Assembly: GCA_947305255.1 (NCBI GenBank) | Contig: CAMZDE010000002.1 | Coordinates: 1 to 48,963, forward strand | DNA: 48,963 bases | Direction: 5' to 3' | From: an uncultured Alphaproteobacteria bacterium | GTDB lineage: Bacteria > Pseudomonadota > Alphaproteobacteria > Rs-D84 | Part shown: positions 36,146-45,013 of the stretch, piece after piece | How the letters are laid out: every line of letters begins with the position of its first letter | Position numbering within the stretch: position 1 is the first letter of the stretch | The notes under the pieces: generated by a model | Told to the model about the DNA's origin: nothing | Databases searched by the model: none | Seen by the model: the letters and a program-made list of their open reading frames with translations, nothing else | Program-made: the position numbers and the translations under genes

Positions 36146-36513
36146 CAACAATACTACTATCTATTAAACCAAAATTTGTTGCAAAAATATTTGCTGGTGA
36201 AAAACATTTTGAATTTAGAAAGCGCATACCTAAACATTCGGTAGATAAATTGATAATTTATAGTTCTTCGCCGGTATGTGAAGTAATGGGAGAAGCCGAA
36301 ATAGAAAAAGTCTTGGTTGATACCCCAGAAAATATATGGAATAAGACAAAACATCAGTCTGGAATTGATTCAAAATTCTTTTTCGAATATTTCGAAAGTA
36401 AAAGAGTCGCATATGCGTACAAATTAAAAAATATTAAAAGATACGTTCAGCCAAGAAAACTTAGTGATTACGGTTTAAAAACTGCGCCACAATCATTTAG
36501 TTATATTAAATAA
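36142..36513 (+). CDS. ASCH (PUA-like) domain protein
   Basis: LLSIKPKFVAKIFAGEKHFEFRKRIP...LIIYSSSPVCEVMGEAEI...AYAYKLKNIKRY is the canonical ASCH pattern. Confidence 0.75.
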   Translation: MTTILLSIKPKFVAKIFAGEKHFEFRKRIPKHSVDKLIIYSSSPVCEVMGEAEIEKVLVDTPENIWNKTKHQSGIDSKFFFEYFESKRVAYAYKLKNIKRYVQPRKLSDYGLKTAPQSFSYIK

Positions 36514-36582
36514 CATTTTTATTATTGTTGACTTGACTTTATACATTGTTTTGGGCTAAGTTTTTATCAAGGGAAAGGATAT

Positions 36583-38046
36583 ATGGAAATAGTAGCCAAG
36601 CAACACAGGGTGAAAAATATGGGGGGGGTTTATACCCCATTCAGCATCGTGCAAGAAATGCTGGATTATCTGGCTTTTAATGGCACGGATATCTTATCAA
36701 AACATATAATGGAAAACAGTTGTGGTGATGGCGCATTTTTGTCCGAAATAGTACGCAGATATTGTGATGCGTTTGTTTCTATTGCAAATAATGATTTAAG
36801 CCGTTTGAAACATGATTTAGAAACATATATTCATGGTATTGAATTAGATAAGACTGAGTGCACAAAATGTATAAAACGTTTAGATACTATTGCTCTTCAA
36901 TATGGTATACAAAATGTTGTGTGGGATGTTATGAATGAGGATGCTTTAACTGTAAACAAATACGATAACAAGATGGATTTTGTTGTCGGGAATCCACCTT
37001 ATGTTAGAGTTCACAATTTGGAAAATTATGATTTAGCAAAAAAGTTTTCGTTTGCACAAGAGGGAATGATTGACTTATATCTGGTTTTTATTGAACTTGG
37101 CTTAAAGCAACTCAATAAAAGCGGAAAAATGTGTTTGATTACTCCGAGTTCCTTTATGACCAGTAAATCTGGTAAAAATTGCAGAGCGTGTATAAATAAA
37201 AACAAAAAATTATCAATGGTTGTCGATTTAGGTCAAGAACAAGTGTTCGACGGTATATCGGCATATACGGCCATTACTTTATTTGATAATGGACTAACAC
37301 ACAATGAGATTCGGTATGTAGAACATAGTACACAGGACAGTTTTAATTTGCCATATGATACAGTTTTTAAGCATGGTACGATGTCCTTTGATGATGAAGA
37401 CACGTTGGGGTTATTGTCGGATATAGATTCTTTTTACAAAGATCAGGTAAAGCGCAGCATAGTTGTAAAGAATGGTTTTGCTACATTGGCAGATACGTGT
37501 TTTATGCAAGATTTTGAATCATCAGAAAAAATTTATATTGATGTCGTAAAAGCATCTACTGGCAAGTGGACAAAATGCTTGTTCCCATATGATTTTCCTG
37601 GTGTGCCTATGGAAGAAGCTTTTATAAAGCAAAATTTTATGTCCGCATACACACATTTGCAATCATTTAAAGATAAATTAGAAAAACGAGCCATTGATTC
37701 TGCTGGGCATTGGTATCTGTTTGGAAGAAGCCAAGGAATCAAAGATGTTTTCAAAAATAAAGTATCTATTAACACGTTAATTAAAGATGAAAGCAGTATA
37801 AAACTAATAAATGTTCCTGCCGGATCAGGTGTGTATAGTGGTTTATACATATTGTCAGATTATAGTTTTGATGATATAAAGCGTGTTATTTATGACCCTA
37901 AATTTATAAAATATGTAAAAGCATTAAAGAAATATAAAAGTGGTGGATACTTTACATTTTCTTCGCTAGAATTGGAAAAGTATTTGACCTATATGTTAAA
38001 AGGAGATACACAAGATGCAAAACGTCAATTGCGCCTTTTTGGATAA
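36583..38046 (+). CDS. Type II N6-adenine DNA methyltransferase (gamma-class, Eco57I/TaqI-like)
   Basis: Motif I ENSCGDGAFL and motif IV VVGNPPYVRV, with a long C-terminal target-recognition region. Confidence 0.87.
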   Translation: MEIVAKQHRVKNMGGVYTPFSIVQEMLDYLAFNGTDILSKHIMENSCGDGAFLSEIVRRYCDAFVSIANNDLSRLKHDLETYIHGIELDKTECTKCIKRLDTIALQYGIQNVVWDVMNEDALTVNKYDNKMDFVVGNPPYVRVHNLENYDLAKKFSFAQEGMIDLYLVFIELGLKQLNKSGKMCLITPSSFMTSKSGKNCRACINKNKKLSMVVDLGQEQVFDGISAYTAITLFDNGLTHNEIRYVEHSTQDSFNLPYDTVFKHGTMSFDDEDTLGLLSDIDSFYKDQVKRSIVVKNGFATLADTCFMQDFESSEKIYIDVVKASTGKWTKCLFPYDFPGVPMEEAFIKQNFMSAYTHLQSFKDKLEKRAIDSAGHWYLFGRSQGIKDVFKNKVSINTLIKDESSIKLINVPAGSGVYSGLYILSDYSFDDIKRVIYDPKFIKYVKALKKYKSGGYFTFSSLELEKYLTYMLKGDTQDAKRQLRLFG

Positions 38047-38731
38047 AGTGAAAGAATCTTTTCGATTGTATTTGGATACAGGTGCCCGTAGTAATGAAAA
38101 GTTAAAGCCTATTCATTCTTTTATAGCGGATGCATTAAAGCAAGAGCTGAATGATCCTGAGCTAACTTTTTGTTCTTTAAGACCAGGACAGCGCGGTGGC
38201 GAAAAATCGGTTGCTGGTAGATATATGGATAAGAATGTCGATATTGCGGTTTGTAGAGGGAATACTGTTCTAGGGGCTGTAGGTTTTAAGTTCGTAATGA
38301 GCAATTATAAACAAAATTCTAATAATTATTTTGAAAATATGCTAGGTGAAACAGCTAACATCAGATGTAATAGAATTCCGTATTTTCAAGTTTTAGTTTT
38401 GTTAAAAGAATTACCTTACTATGATAATAGTGGGAGAATTACGAGAACAGAACATATAAATGAACACAATCTGCATAAATATATTAAGCTGTCCGAAGAC
38501 AATATTGAAACCTTTTTTCATACACCAACAAAGACATTGATTTATGTGGTTAGTTTGTCTGAATCTTTATCAGATCATCATATTGCAAACAAAGCACAAT
38601 ACAACGAGTTCTTTAGAGATAAAGATCTGAATGTAGATAACGAATTTAATGATCTTTTCCAATCGGGTGTTGTAATTAACGATTTCGCAAAGTTTATCAA
38701 AAAAGTCGCAAGTTATATCAACAGTATTTAG
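38015..38731 (+). CDS. Probable cognate restriction endonuclease (PD-(D/E)xK-like)
   Basis: Overlaps the methyltransferase 3' end by 32 nt. VDIAV...AVGFKF resembles a D...(E)xK core, although G replaces the acidic residue. The assignment rests mainly on position. Confidence 0.45.
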   Translation: MQNVNCAFLDKVKESFRLYLDTGARSNEKLKPIHSFIADALKQELNDPELTFCSLRPGQRGGEKSVAGRYMDKNVDIAVCRGNTVLGAVGFKFVMSNYKQNSNNYFENMLGETANIRCNRIPYFQVLVLLKELPYYDNSGRITRTEHINEHNLHKYIKLSEDNIETFFHTPTKTLIYVVSLSESLSDHHIANKAQYNEFFRDKDLNVDNEFNDLFQSGVVINDFAKFIKKVASYINSI

Positions 38732-38770
38732 AATACTGTCTATCCTTTTAATTGGTATTGTTTCCACAGT

Positions 38771-38869
38771 GCGGCCATTTGGAATAATTTGCGCTGGATG
38801 CGGCGGAGTAACCATGTTTGCCGGCAGGTTAGGTTAGCATTGTGTGTTATGTAGATAGTATTTTCTAAT
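38771..38869 (+). repeat. GC-rich repeat R1 (~99 nt)
   Basis: Aligns with 41200-41288. An exact 17-mer TGCCGGCAGGTTAGGTT lies at 38819-38835 and 41238-41254. Shared ends are GCGGCC..TTTG and ATTTTCTAAT. Confidence 0.6.
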
Positions 38870-38891
38870 GCAGGACTTGGTATGATAGACA

Positions 38892-39494
38892 TTATTGTAT
38901 AATTGAAATAAATTCACCTTTGGGAGCAAAGTCGGTGTTCTCATCTATAATCAATGGTGTATATTGTTTGTTGTCTGATACCAGTGCTGCAAAGTTGTCG
39001 CTAATATATTTAAAACGTTTAATTTTAAATCCAGAGTTATATCTGCAGAAAATAATTCTGTCATCATTTGGAATAACACCTTCTGGAATCTTTTTAAATA
39101 AAAGTAGTGAGCCATCAGGTAAATCTGGTTCCATAGAATCGCCTTTGACCGAAACCAACATTAAGTCTTTTGGATCATAATTTATCAAAGACGCTTTTAC
39201 GGGGATGGTTGTTAAACCATTTTCTTCATCAATAAAACTATCGTTTGAGCCAGCACGAGCATCGCCAATGTATAAAATATTGATGGTGTCACATGCTTTA
39301 TCGTTTACGAATTTATATGTTTTATTTTCTGTTTTTCTTAATTGTCCAGAATTAACAAATCGTCTTAAATGATATAAAACAACAGATGTGTACTTTTTTG
39401 GGTCCAACTGCAATTCGTCAATCGTTTGTGACAGTGTAAAATCGCAATCAGAATGTTGTTTAAAAAAACGCAAGATTTGTTCTTTTAAATTCAT
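38892..39494 (-). CDS. S24 (LexA/phage-repressor type) peptidase-domain regulator with an N-terminal winged-helix domain
   Basis: Ala-Gly cleavage-site candidate ARAGSN, catalytic Ser in KGDSMEP and Lys in FKIKRF. The N-terminal 70 aa are wHTH-like. Confidence 0.78.
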   Translation of the reverse strand: MNLKEQILRFFKQHSDCDFTLSQTIDELQLDPKKYTSVVLYHLRRFVNSGQLRKTENKTYKFVNDKACDTINILYIGDARAGSNDSFIDEENGLTTIPVKASLINYDPKDLMLVSVKGDSMEPDLPDGSLLLFKKIPEGVIPNDDRIIFCRYNSGFKIKRFKYISDNFAALVSDNKQYTPLIIDENTDFAPKGEFISIIQ

Positions 39495-39561
39495 ATTTGC
39501 CCCTTCTCACCATAAATTATAACATGTTTTTTATGAAAAACAATAGAAATAATTAAAATTT

Positions 39562-39612
39562 TTCTATAAAAATATAGAATTGTGTTGACAATGTGAAAAA
39601 AACTGATATAAA
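39562..39612 (+). promoter_or_regulatory. Operator-like inverted repeat plus a sigma70 promoter for the MBL operon
   Basis: TTCTATA-aaaa-TATAGAA (39562-39579) lies immediately upstream of TTGACA (39585-39590)-16 nt-TATAAA (39607-39612). Confidence 0.5.
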
Positions 39613-39646
39613 ACGTACGTATTAACAATTAACAAAGGAAAGAAAG

Positions 39647-40573
39647 ATGTCGATAGTTAAATCTTTATCAGTTGGTGAAGGCGATATGTTTTATATCCGC
39701 CATAATTCAGATAATTTTACTATAATAGATTGTTGTGTTGAAGAAGAATGGCACAAACAGGTTGTGGAAGAGTTAGAAAACGCAGCTTCTGGAAAAATAA
39801 TAAAGCGTTTTATTTCTACACATCCCGATGACGACCATATAAGGGGATTAAAAAAATTATGCAAGGATTTTGAAATTCCGAATTTTTATTGCGTTGCGAA
39901 CAAGGCTCTAAATCCAGATGGGGAAGAAGATTTTGATATGTATTGTAAATTACGAGACGGATCTTCGTGCTTTTATTTGGAACAAGGTTGCTCACGCAAA
40001 TGGATGAACTTAAATAGCAATCCTGGGGATGACGAACAACGACAAAGTGCGGGTATAAATATATTATGGCCGGTTGTTAAAAATGAAAAATATCAAGAAG
40101 TATTAAAGGCTGTAAAAGACTGGCAAGATCCCAATAATATGTCGCCGATAATAAGATACGAAGCGGAAGGTAAAAAGTCATTTATATGGTTTGGAGATAT
40201 GGAAAACTCATTTCAAGAAAAAATCAAAAATGAAATAAAGTTACCAAGAACAGATGTGGTTTTTGCGCCGCATCATGGACGTAAATCTGGGCACTTGGTA
40301 AGTGAATGGTTGCAGGAATTAGAACCGAAAGTGATAATTGTTGGCGAGGCTCCATCTGAGCATCTAGATTATTACCGCGGATACGACACGATTACACAAA
40401 ATACGGCGGGTGACATAACATTTGTTTGCGAAAATGGTCAAATAGATATTTATGTTGGCGAAAAAGATTATGACCCAGATTGCACAAAATTGAAAAATCT
40501 TGAAAAACCACTTAGCTTGGTAAATCATCGATACAATCCGAAATACGGGTATTATGTTGGAACAATAATATAA
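39647..40573 (+). CDS. MBL-fold metallo-hydrolase (ComEC C-terminal-domain-like)
   Basis: STHPDDDHIRGL (HxHxDH-type motif) and VFAPHHGRKSG. Confidence 0.78.
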   Translation: MSIVKSLSVGEGDMFYIRHNSDNFTIIDCCVEEEWHKQVVEELENAASGKIIKRFISTHPDDDHIRGLKKLCKDFEIPNFYCVANKALNPDGEEDFDMYCKLRDGSSCFYLEQGCSRKWMNLNSNPGDDEQRQSAGINILWPVVKNEKYQEVLKAVKDWQDPNNMSPIIRYEAEGKKSFIWFGDMENSFQEKIKNEIKLPRTDVVFAPHHGRKSGHLVSEWLQELEPKVIIVGEAPSEHLDYYRGYDTITQNTAGDITFVCENGQIDIYVGEKDYDPDCTKLKNLEKPLSLVNHRYNPKYGYYVGTII

Positions 40574-40584
40574 AGGTCGACAAT

Positions 40585-41103
40585 ATGGAATTCAAAATAC
40601 CTTTTTATAATGTGATAAACATTTTATTTGTCGGACTGGTTTTTAGTGGTTTGTGCGTATTCCTATTCCCAGAAATAAGCGGTTATGCCTTTAACGTACT
40701 TGGCCGTATTAACAACCAGGTGTTTGATATTGTTGTTGTTTTAACGCTGGGGTATGAAATGGGCTTAATTTTGAATTGGATTGCATCACTTGTTGTTGAA
40801 CCAATTTTGATTAACAAAAAACCACTAAACAAGCGTTGCTGGGTTTCGCGTATTTTTCAAATCAGTTGGAAGAGTTATGCCGACTACCAGAAAGCAGAAA
40901 ACGACAAGTTGAACATGTTGGTTCGCGAAATGAATGTTTCCAGAAATCACATGACTTTATTTGGTGTAATTTTGATAATAGCATGTATCACGTCGCGTTG
41001 GACTGTGGTTCTTTGTTTGTTGCCAATGATTATTTTGTTTTATTGTGCATATAAAAAACATGCAAAAAAAATTGTTGATCGTATAGAAAATGCCTTAAAG
41101 TAA
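40585..41103 (+). CDS. Hypothetical integral membrane protein (172 aa, 3-4 TM helices)
   Basis: Hydrophobic segments FYNVINILFVGLVFSGLCVFLF, IVVVLTLGYEMGLILNWIASLVV and LFGVILIIACI..VVLCLLPMIILFY. Lies 11 nt after the MBL gene. Confidence 0.55.
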   Translation: MEFKIPFYNVINILFVGLVFSGLCVFLFPEISGYAFNVLGRINNQVFDIVVVLTLGYEMGLILNWIASLVVEPILINKKPLNKRCWVSRIFQISWKSYADYQKAENDKLNMLVREMNVSRNHMTLFGVILIIACITSRWTVVLCLLPMIILFYCAYKKHAKKIVDRIENALK

Positions 41104-41199
41104 TGTTTTTTTACATCAAGCCCGAAGAACATATCTAATCGTCGATAAACATAAATATGAACCGTATGTTGGTGCACTTTGTGTTAGATTTGGAGTAAG

Positions 41200-41288
41200 G
41201 CGGCCGTTTGAGTCGGGTGTGGCGTAGCAACCACGTCTGCCGGCAGGTTAGGTTGCCATTGTTTGTTCTGCGTATGGCATTTTCTAAT
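41200..41288 (+). repeat. GC-rich repeat R2 (~89 nt), direct copy of R1
   Basis: See R1. Contains the palindrome CTGCCGGCAG inside a GCAACC/GGTTGC stem; R1 has TAACC/GGTTA at the same place. Confidence 0.6.
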
Positions 41289-41806
41289 TCGTGTAATGAT
41301 CGGCATGCTGCGAAATAAAGCATAATAAAATCGGTCTTATTACTGGGTTCAATTTCTCGAAAATGTTTGTACTTCATAGACAATCCTTTTAAGGTTGTAG
41401 CATTCATCAATATCTTTCGGCGAAAGTCCAGCCTTTTAAAAAAGTACATATTTGCATCCTACTTGTTAAACTTCCAATATAATTTTTAAGTGTTTTCAAT
41501 AGGTTATAAAATGCCGACATACGAACTGCACGTCCGTATGTCAGTAAATAAAATCGCTGGAAGCCTTGCTGAGTCTGGGTTTCAGAAAATGTATACAAAA
41601 AAGTACATGTATGTAGTCCGTGTGTCGCATAAGTCATAATAAAATCGCTTAAATCCTTTGTTTGCTTGGTGTTGATGCGTTTTTTGGTGTTTTTTTGCGT
41701 GTACAAATATGTACTTTTTTACCAAAATATGACTTTTGTGTACCTTTTATACCGGAACAAGTTGCCGTAGCAAAAGTAAAGAAAAACCCCAGAAATCTGG
41801 GGTAAA

Positions 41807-41854
41807 TCGTGGCTCGGGCAACTGGACTCGAACCAGTGACATACGGATTAACAG
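41807..41854 (-). repeat. att direct repeat: displaced 3' half of tRNA-Asn (anticodon loop to CCA plus 3 nt), with its own terminator at 41783-41806
   Basis: 48/48 identity with 48879-48926. Confidence 0.85.
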
Positions 41855-42182
41855 CAACGGCCAGATAATAAAATATAAGACACCACAACAAAATTTAACA
41901 CTTCAATCAACAGGTTATGTTTTATCAAATTTTAACAATTTTTATAAATTATTATTTGATAAATCCCTCTGGTGTCCCACAGAAATAGTTTATTCTTTGT
42001 GTTAGTCCTTTGGTTCTTGTTTTGTGATGCCAAACGGATTGTTGGGCATCGGTTCGTTTCCTTGATTAAAATTATACATCCATTGTTTTATAAAAACAAC
42101 TTTAAAAAAAGCATTCTTTTTTGTGGCACCAGTTTTTTAATCTGACATCTATGGGGGGTGGGGGAACACCACAGAAACAAGT

Positions 42183-43901
42183 TTATACTTGAATGAAAAA
42201 TGTGATATTAAAACTGTCTATGCGTTCAGGATATGATGAAAATTCTTTGTTTGTGAATTCAAAATGGTCATTGTTGTATTTATTTTTGGGTGTAAATTGA
42301 ATATCTGACGGTGACAAGTGTGTTGCACCAGTCAAATATGATGCACGGACACCCCAAGCGGCTTTACTGTCTTTTAAATTGTTAATGATATATTGCATAC
42401 CGATACCATATCTGAAAACTGCTTTGTCATTATTGGAAACATTATGCCCATTTGTAGTAGTGCTACCATCGGCAGATATGTGAAACACACCAAGTGTCCC
42501 GATACCAAATACAGATAATTTTCTGCCAATGTTTATACCAAGATTTGAATATAACAACTCATAATACTCTGTGGCTATTTCAGCAGAATGATGGCTTGTG
42601 TGCAAATTATAAGTTGAATCAAAATTCATTTTGGCTTTTTGTAAAGATAGATAATTGAATTGTGCACCAGCCCCTAAATACAAGTATTTCAATTTGTATG
42701 ACAAGCCCAAATCAAGGTTAAAACCAGCATTTTTTTGTCCAAAACTTACGCCTGCACCCAATAAGATATTTTTTGTTGAGGTCGGATATTTTGAAAATTC
42801 TAATTCTTGGCTTGGATAATAAGTTGTTTCACCCCCATTTATTCTTAAACTTTTTTCTATGTCAAAAAATCCGGCTTTTGAAAATACCAAATCTTGTTTT
42901 TTATCTGGGGACAATTCGCCTGTGGTGTTGCCTGTGACGGCTTTGCCATTAACAGATATTTCAACACCAGGATTGCGCACCTTAAAGGCACTGAAATCAA
43001 TCTTGCCGGGCAATTTTTCCATATTAAACATATATTCTGATTCTGAATATTTAGAAAAAGATACTGTTCGTGTAATATCAACGGCTTCCGAATTCTTTGC
43101 GGTTATCTTTTGTTCTATGCCAAATTGTGCATTAAAATTAACAGGTTCTTTACCATAATCCACGTCGTTAATAAAGATTCTGGAATCACCCAAAGACGTT
43201 CGAATTTTTATGTTCTTTGTCCCACGTTTAAGTGTTTTTGATATTTTACCATTCGTTGGGACAATCAAAGTTTCATTGACGTCAGAATAATTTTCTTTGG
43301 TTATTTCAAGTGTGTGTTTTCCATTGCAAACATTGCCAAATTTAATTGGGGATTCGCCTTGATATTTTCCATTGTCTATCGTCACAAATGCTTTTGCTGG
43401 TGTTGTTATAATTTCAACAGGTGCACCTTTGCAGGTTGTGTCGCCAACACTTTCATTGAAAACAACCGTTAAAGCAGATTTTGGCAATTTTTCCAATCTT
43501 TGTTTTTCTTGTTTGAATTCTTTTTGTGAATACCTATACTGAACACAACCAACCCAACCACCAGATTCTTTGCTAACGTCACTTTTTTGGCGTTCAAGAC
43601 CTTTTAATGAAATTGTCCCAATAGACCTTTCATAAGAACGAGTTGTGCCTGCACTGGTGGTTGTATCAGAATAAAATTCAGATTGCACATTCAATGCTGT
43701 GCCAAATAAACGACCGATTTGATTATCTATGTCACGTTCTGCTTTGTTTGCGGCATCTGCTGCGCTGGTTTCTGAATATGATTTCGCAACCAAATATTTA
43801 TATGTCGCATCATCTGGTGGTGTGGTTGTTGCCCAATCGCACCCTGCAAACGAATTACCAGATAAAAAGATGCCCAAACAAAATATAGCAGAACGTTTCA
43901 T
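42183..43901 (-). CDS. Lipoprotein with PEGA-like repeats and a C-terminal beta-barrel-like domain
   Basis: Lipobox SFAGC at residue 20. Three segments resemble PEGA domains (e.g. AKAFVTIDNGKYQGESPIKFGNVCNGKHTLEITKENY). The C-terminal ~200 aa have alternating G/Y/hydrophobic strands. Confidence 0.6.
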   Translation of the reverse strand: MKRSAIFCLGIFLSGNSFAGCDWATTTPPDDATYKYLVAKSYSETSAADAANKAERDIDNQIGRLFGTALNVQSEFYSDTTTSAGTTRSYERSIGTISLKGLERQKSDVSKESGGWVGCVQYRYSQKEFKQEKQRLEKLPKSALTVVFNESVGDTTCKGAPVEIITTPAKAFVTIDNGKYQGESPIKFGNVCNGKHTLEITKENYSDVNETLIVPTNGKISKTLKRGTKNIKIRTSLGDSRIFINDVDYGKEPVNFNAQFGIEQKITAKNSEAVDITRTVSFSKYSESEYMFNMEKLPGKIDFSAFKVRNPGVEISVNGKAVTGNTTGELSPDKKQDLVFSKAGFFDIEKSLRINGGETTYYPSQELEFSKYPTSTKNILLGAGVSFGQKNAGFNLDLGLSYKLKYLYLGAGAQFNYLSLQKAKMNFDSTYNLHTSHHSAEIATEYYELLYSNLGINIGRKLSVFGIGTLGVFHISADGSTTTNGHNVSNNDKAVFRYGIGMQYIINNLKDSKAAWGVRASYLTGATHLSPSDIQFTPKNKYNNDHFEFTNKEFSSYPERIDSFNITFFIQV

Positions 43902-43921
43902 AATTGCCCCCCTGATGCGTT

Positions 43922-44521
43922 TTATTCGTTCACAATGGTATATTGTTCATTTACCATTAAATCCCATTGCTGGGCGGCTTTTTTCTTTAAATCTTCGGAA
44001 ATGCCTTTGTTCTTATTTAATGTGCGTTCTATCGCTTGTTTAAGGTCGCTTTCGCTTATTTTTACACGTGCATATATTGAATAAAACATTTCTTTGTCTT
44101 CTTCGGCATTAACAGTGCTTAAAACCTTTTCCCAATAACGGTCGCTAACAATCGCTTTTGACATCAGTGCCTTTGCTGATTCTGTGCTGACAAATTGAAC
44201 CTGGTTAGCATCATAAGACGTGCCTTCTTCGGCATTTTGGAACATATATGTTAAATTTTGGTTTATTGCGCTGGCAATGGAATTTTTTGCATTGTTTTCT
44301 GCTATTCTATACCCCATAGAAACATTTGCCTTTTCAGCAGGAATACGTGCTTGCCCCAAGAAATACAAATCTGAACCTTTCTTGGTTAATGGGGTGCTTT
44401 CTTTTACCCACGATGGACGTGAAGATAAATTGTCACTGCGTTGTATAACTTTATCTGACATACCGCCACCACAGGCAGCCAAAATCAAAGACATAGATGT
44501 TGCAAATACGAATTTTTTCAT
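43922..44521 (-). CDS. Lipoprotein, LPP20-like
   Basis: Lipobox LAAC (MKKFVFATSMSLILAACGG). YFLGQARIP...MGYRIAENNAKNSIASAI resembles the LPP20 family; the N-terminus of the downstream gene has a similar block. Confidence 0.55.
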   Translation of the reverse strand: MKKFVFATSMSLILAACGGGMSDKVIQRSDNLSSRPSWVKESTPLTKKGSDLYFLGQARIPAEKANVSMGYRIAENNAKNSIASAINQNLTYMFQNAEEGTSYDANQVQFVSTESAKALMSKAIVSDRYWEKVLSTVNAEEDKEMFYSIYARVKISESDLKQAIERTLNKNKGISEDLKKKAAQQWDLMVNEQYTIVNE

Positions 44522-45013
44522 AATGTTATCCTTTTGTGTAAAAATGAAGACCGCCCAGAAAGAAAGGGCGGTCGGGAGCTCAAAAATCAGTATGTTATTG
44601 ACTCTGTTGCTTTCGGGTTGCCCCTGTTTTATGACAACAAACTCCCGACCATAAGTCAGGAATTATTACGATGCAAAAACACCGCAATATCAACTTCACG
44701 ATGCTTTCGCACCGAACATACTGGGCTTTTGAAACCCAACCGGTCTTTCTAACCAGTCCTTTATATTTTACAACAAGCAAACAAATTTTTCAACCAGCAA
44801 AGTGATATTTTCCCTTTGGGGATATATTGTGTGTATATAGGGGGTGGGGGTGGCCAGTGAATAGTGGAGTGATTGGTTAATAAAGCATACGGTGTAAAGG
44901 GTTGTATAAAGGGGTGATGTATAGGGTGGTTATATTGCTGTGCTGTGTCCACAGGTTAATGTCCGTCCATCCGTCTTTTTATAAATAAAAAGGACGGACG
45001 GACAGACGTGGGT

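Larger units (their letters stand above)
35022..41806. mobile_element. Possible older, integrase-less tandem island adjacent to the tRNA-Asn island (carries the R-M pair, an ASCH gene and the S24/MBL module)
   Basis: Bounded by the partial att copy at 35022-35043 and the tRNA-Asn 3'-half remnant at 41807-41854. AT-rich with defence-type cargo. Scattered degenerate copies of the tRNA-Asn anticodon-arm sequence lie at 34898-34915 and 41517-41555. Confidence 0.35.

Noticed and set aside
41135-41706. ORFs 41135-41449 (-) and 41407-41706 (-) between the membrane protein gene and the att remnant.
   Set aside because: They span repeat R2 and degenerate att-like repeats, have no convincing RBS, and are basic and low-complexity. 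They most likely lie in non-coding island-junction DNA.
42153-42165. Shared G-run motif GGGGGTGGGGG at 42153-42165 and 44840-44850, considered as a possible G-quadruplex or repeat.
   Set aside because: Each site has only two G-tracts, which is too few for an intramolecular G4. The match is short and could be chance.
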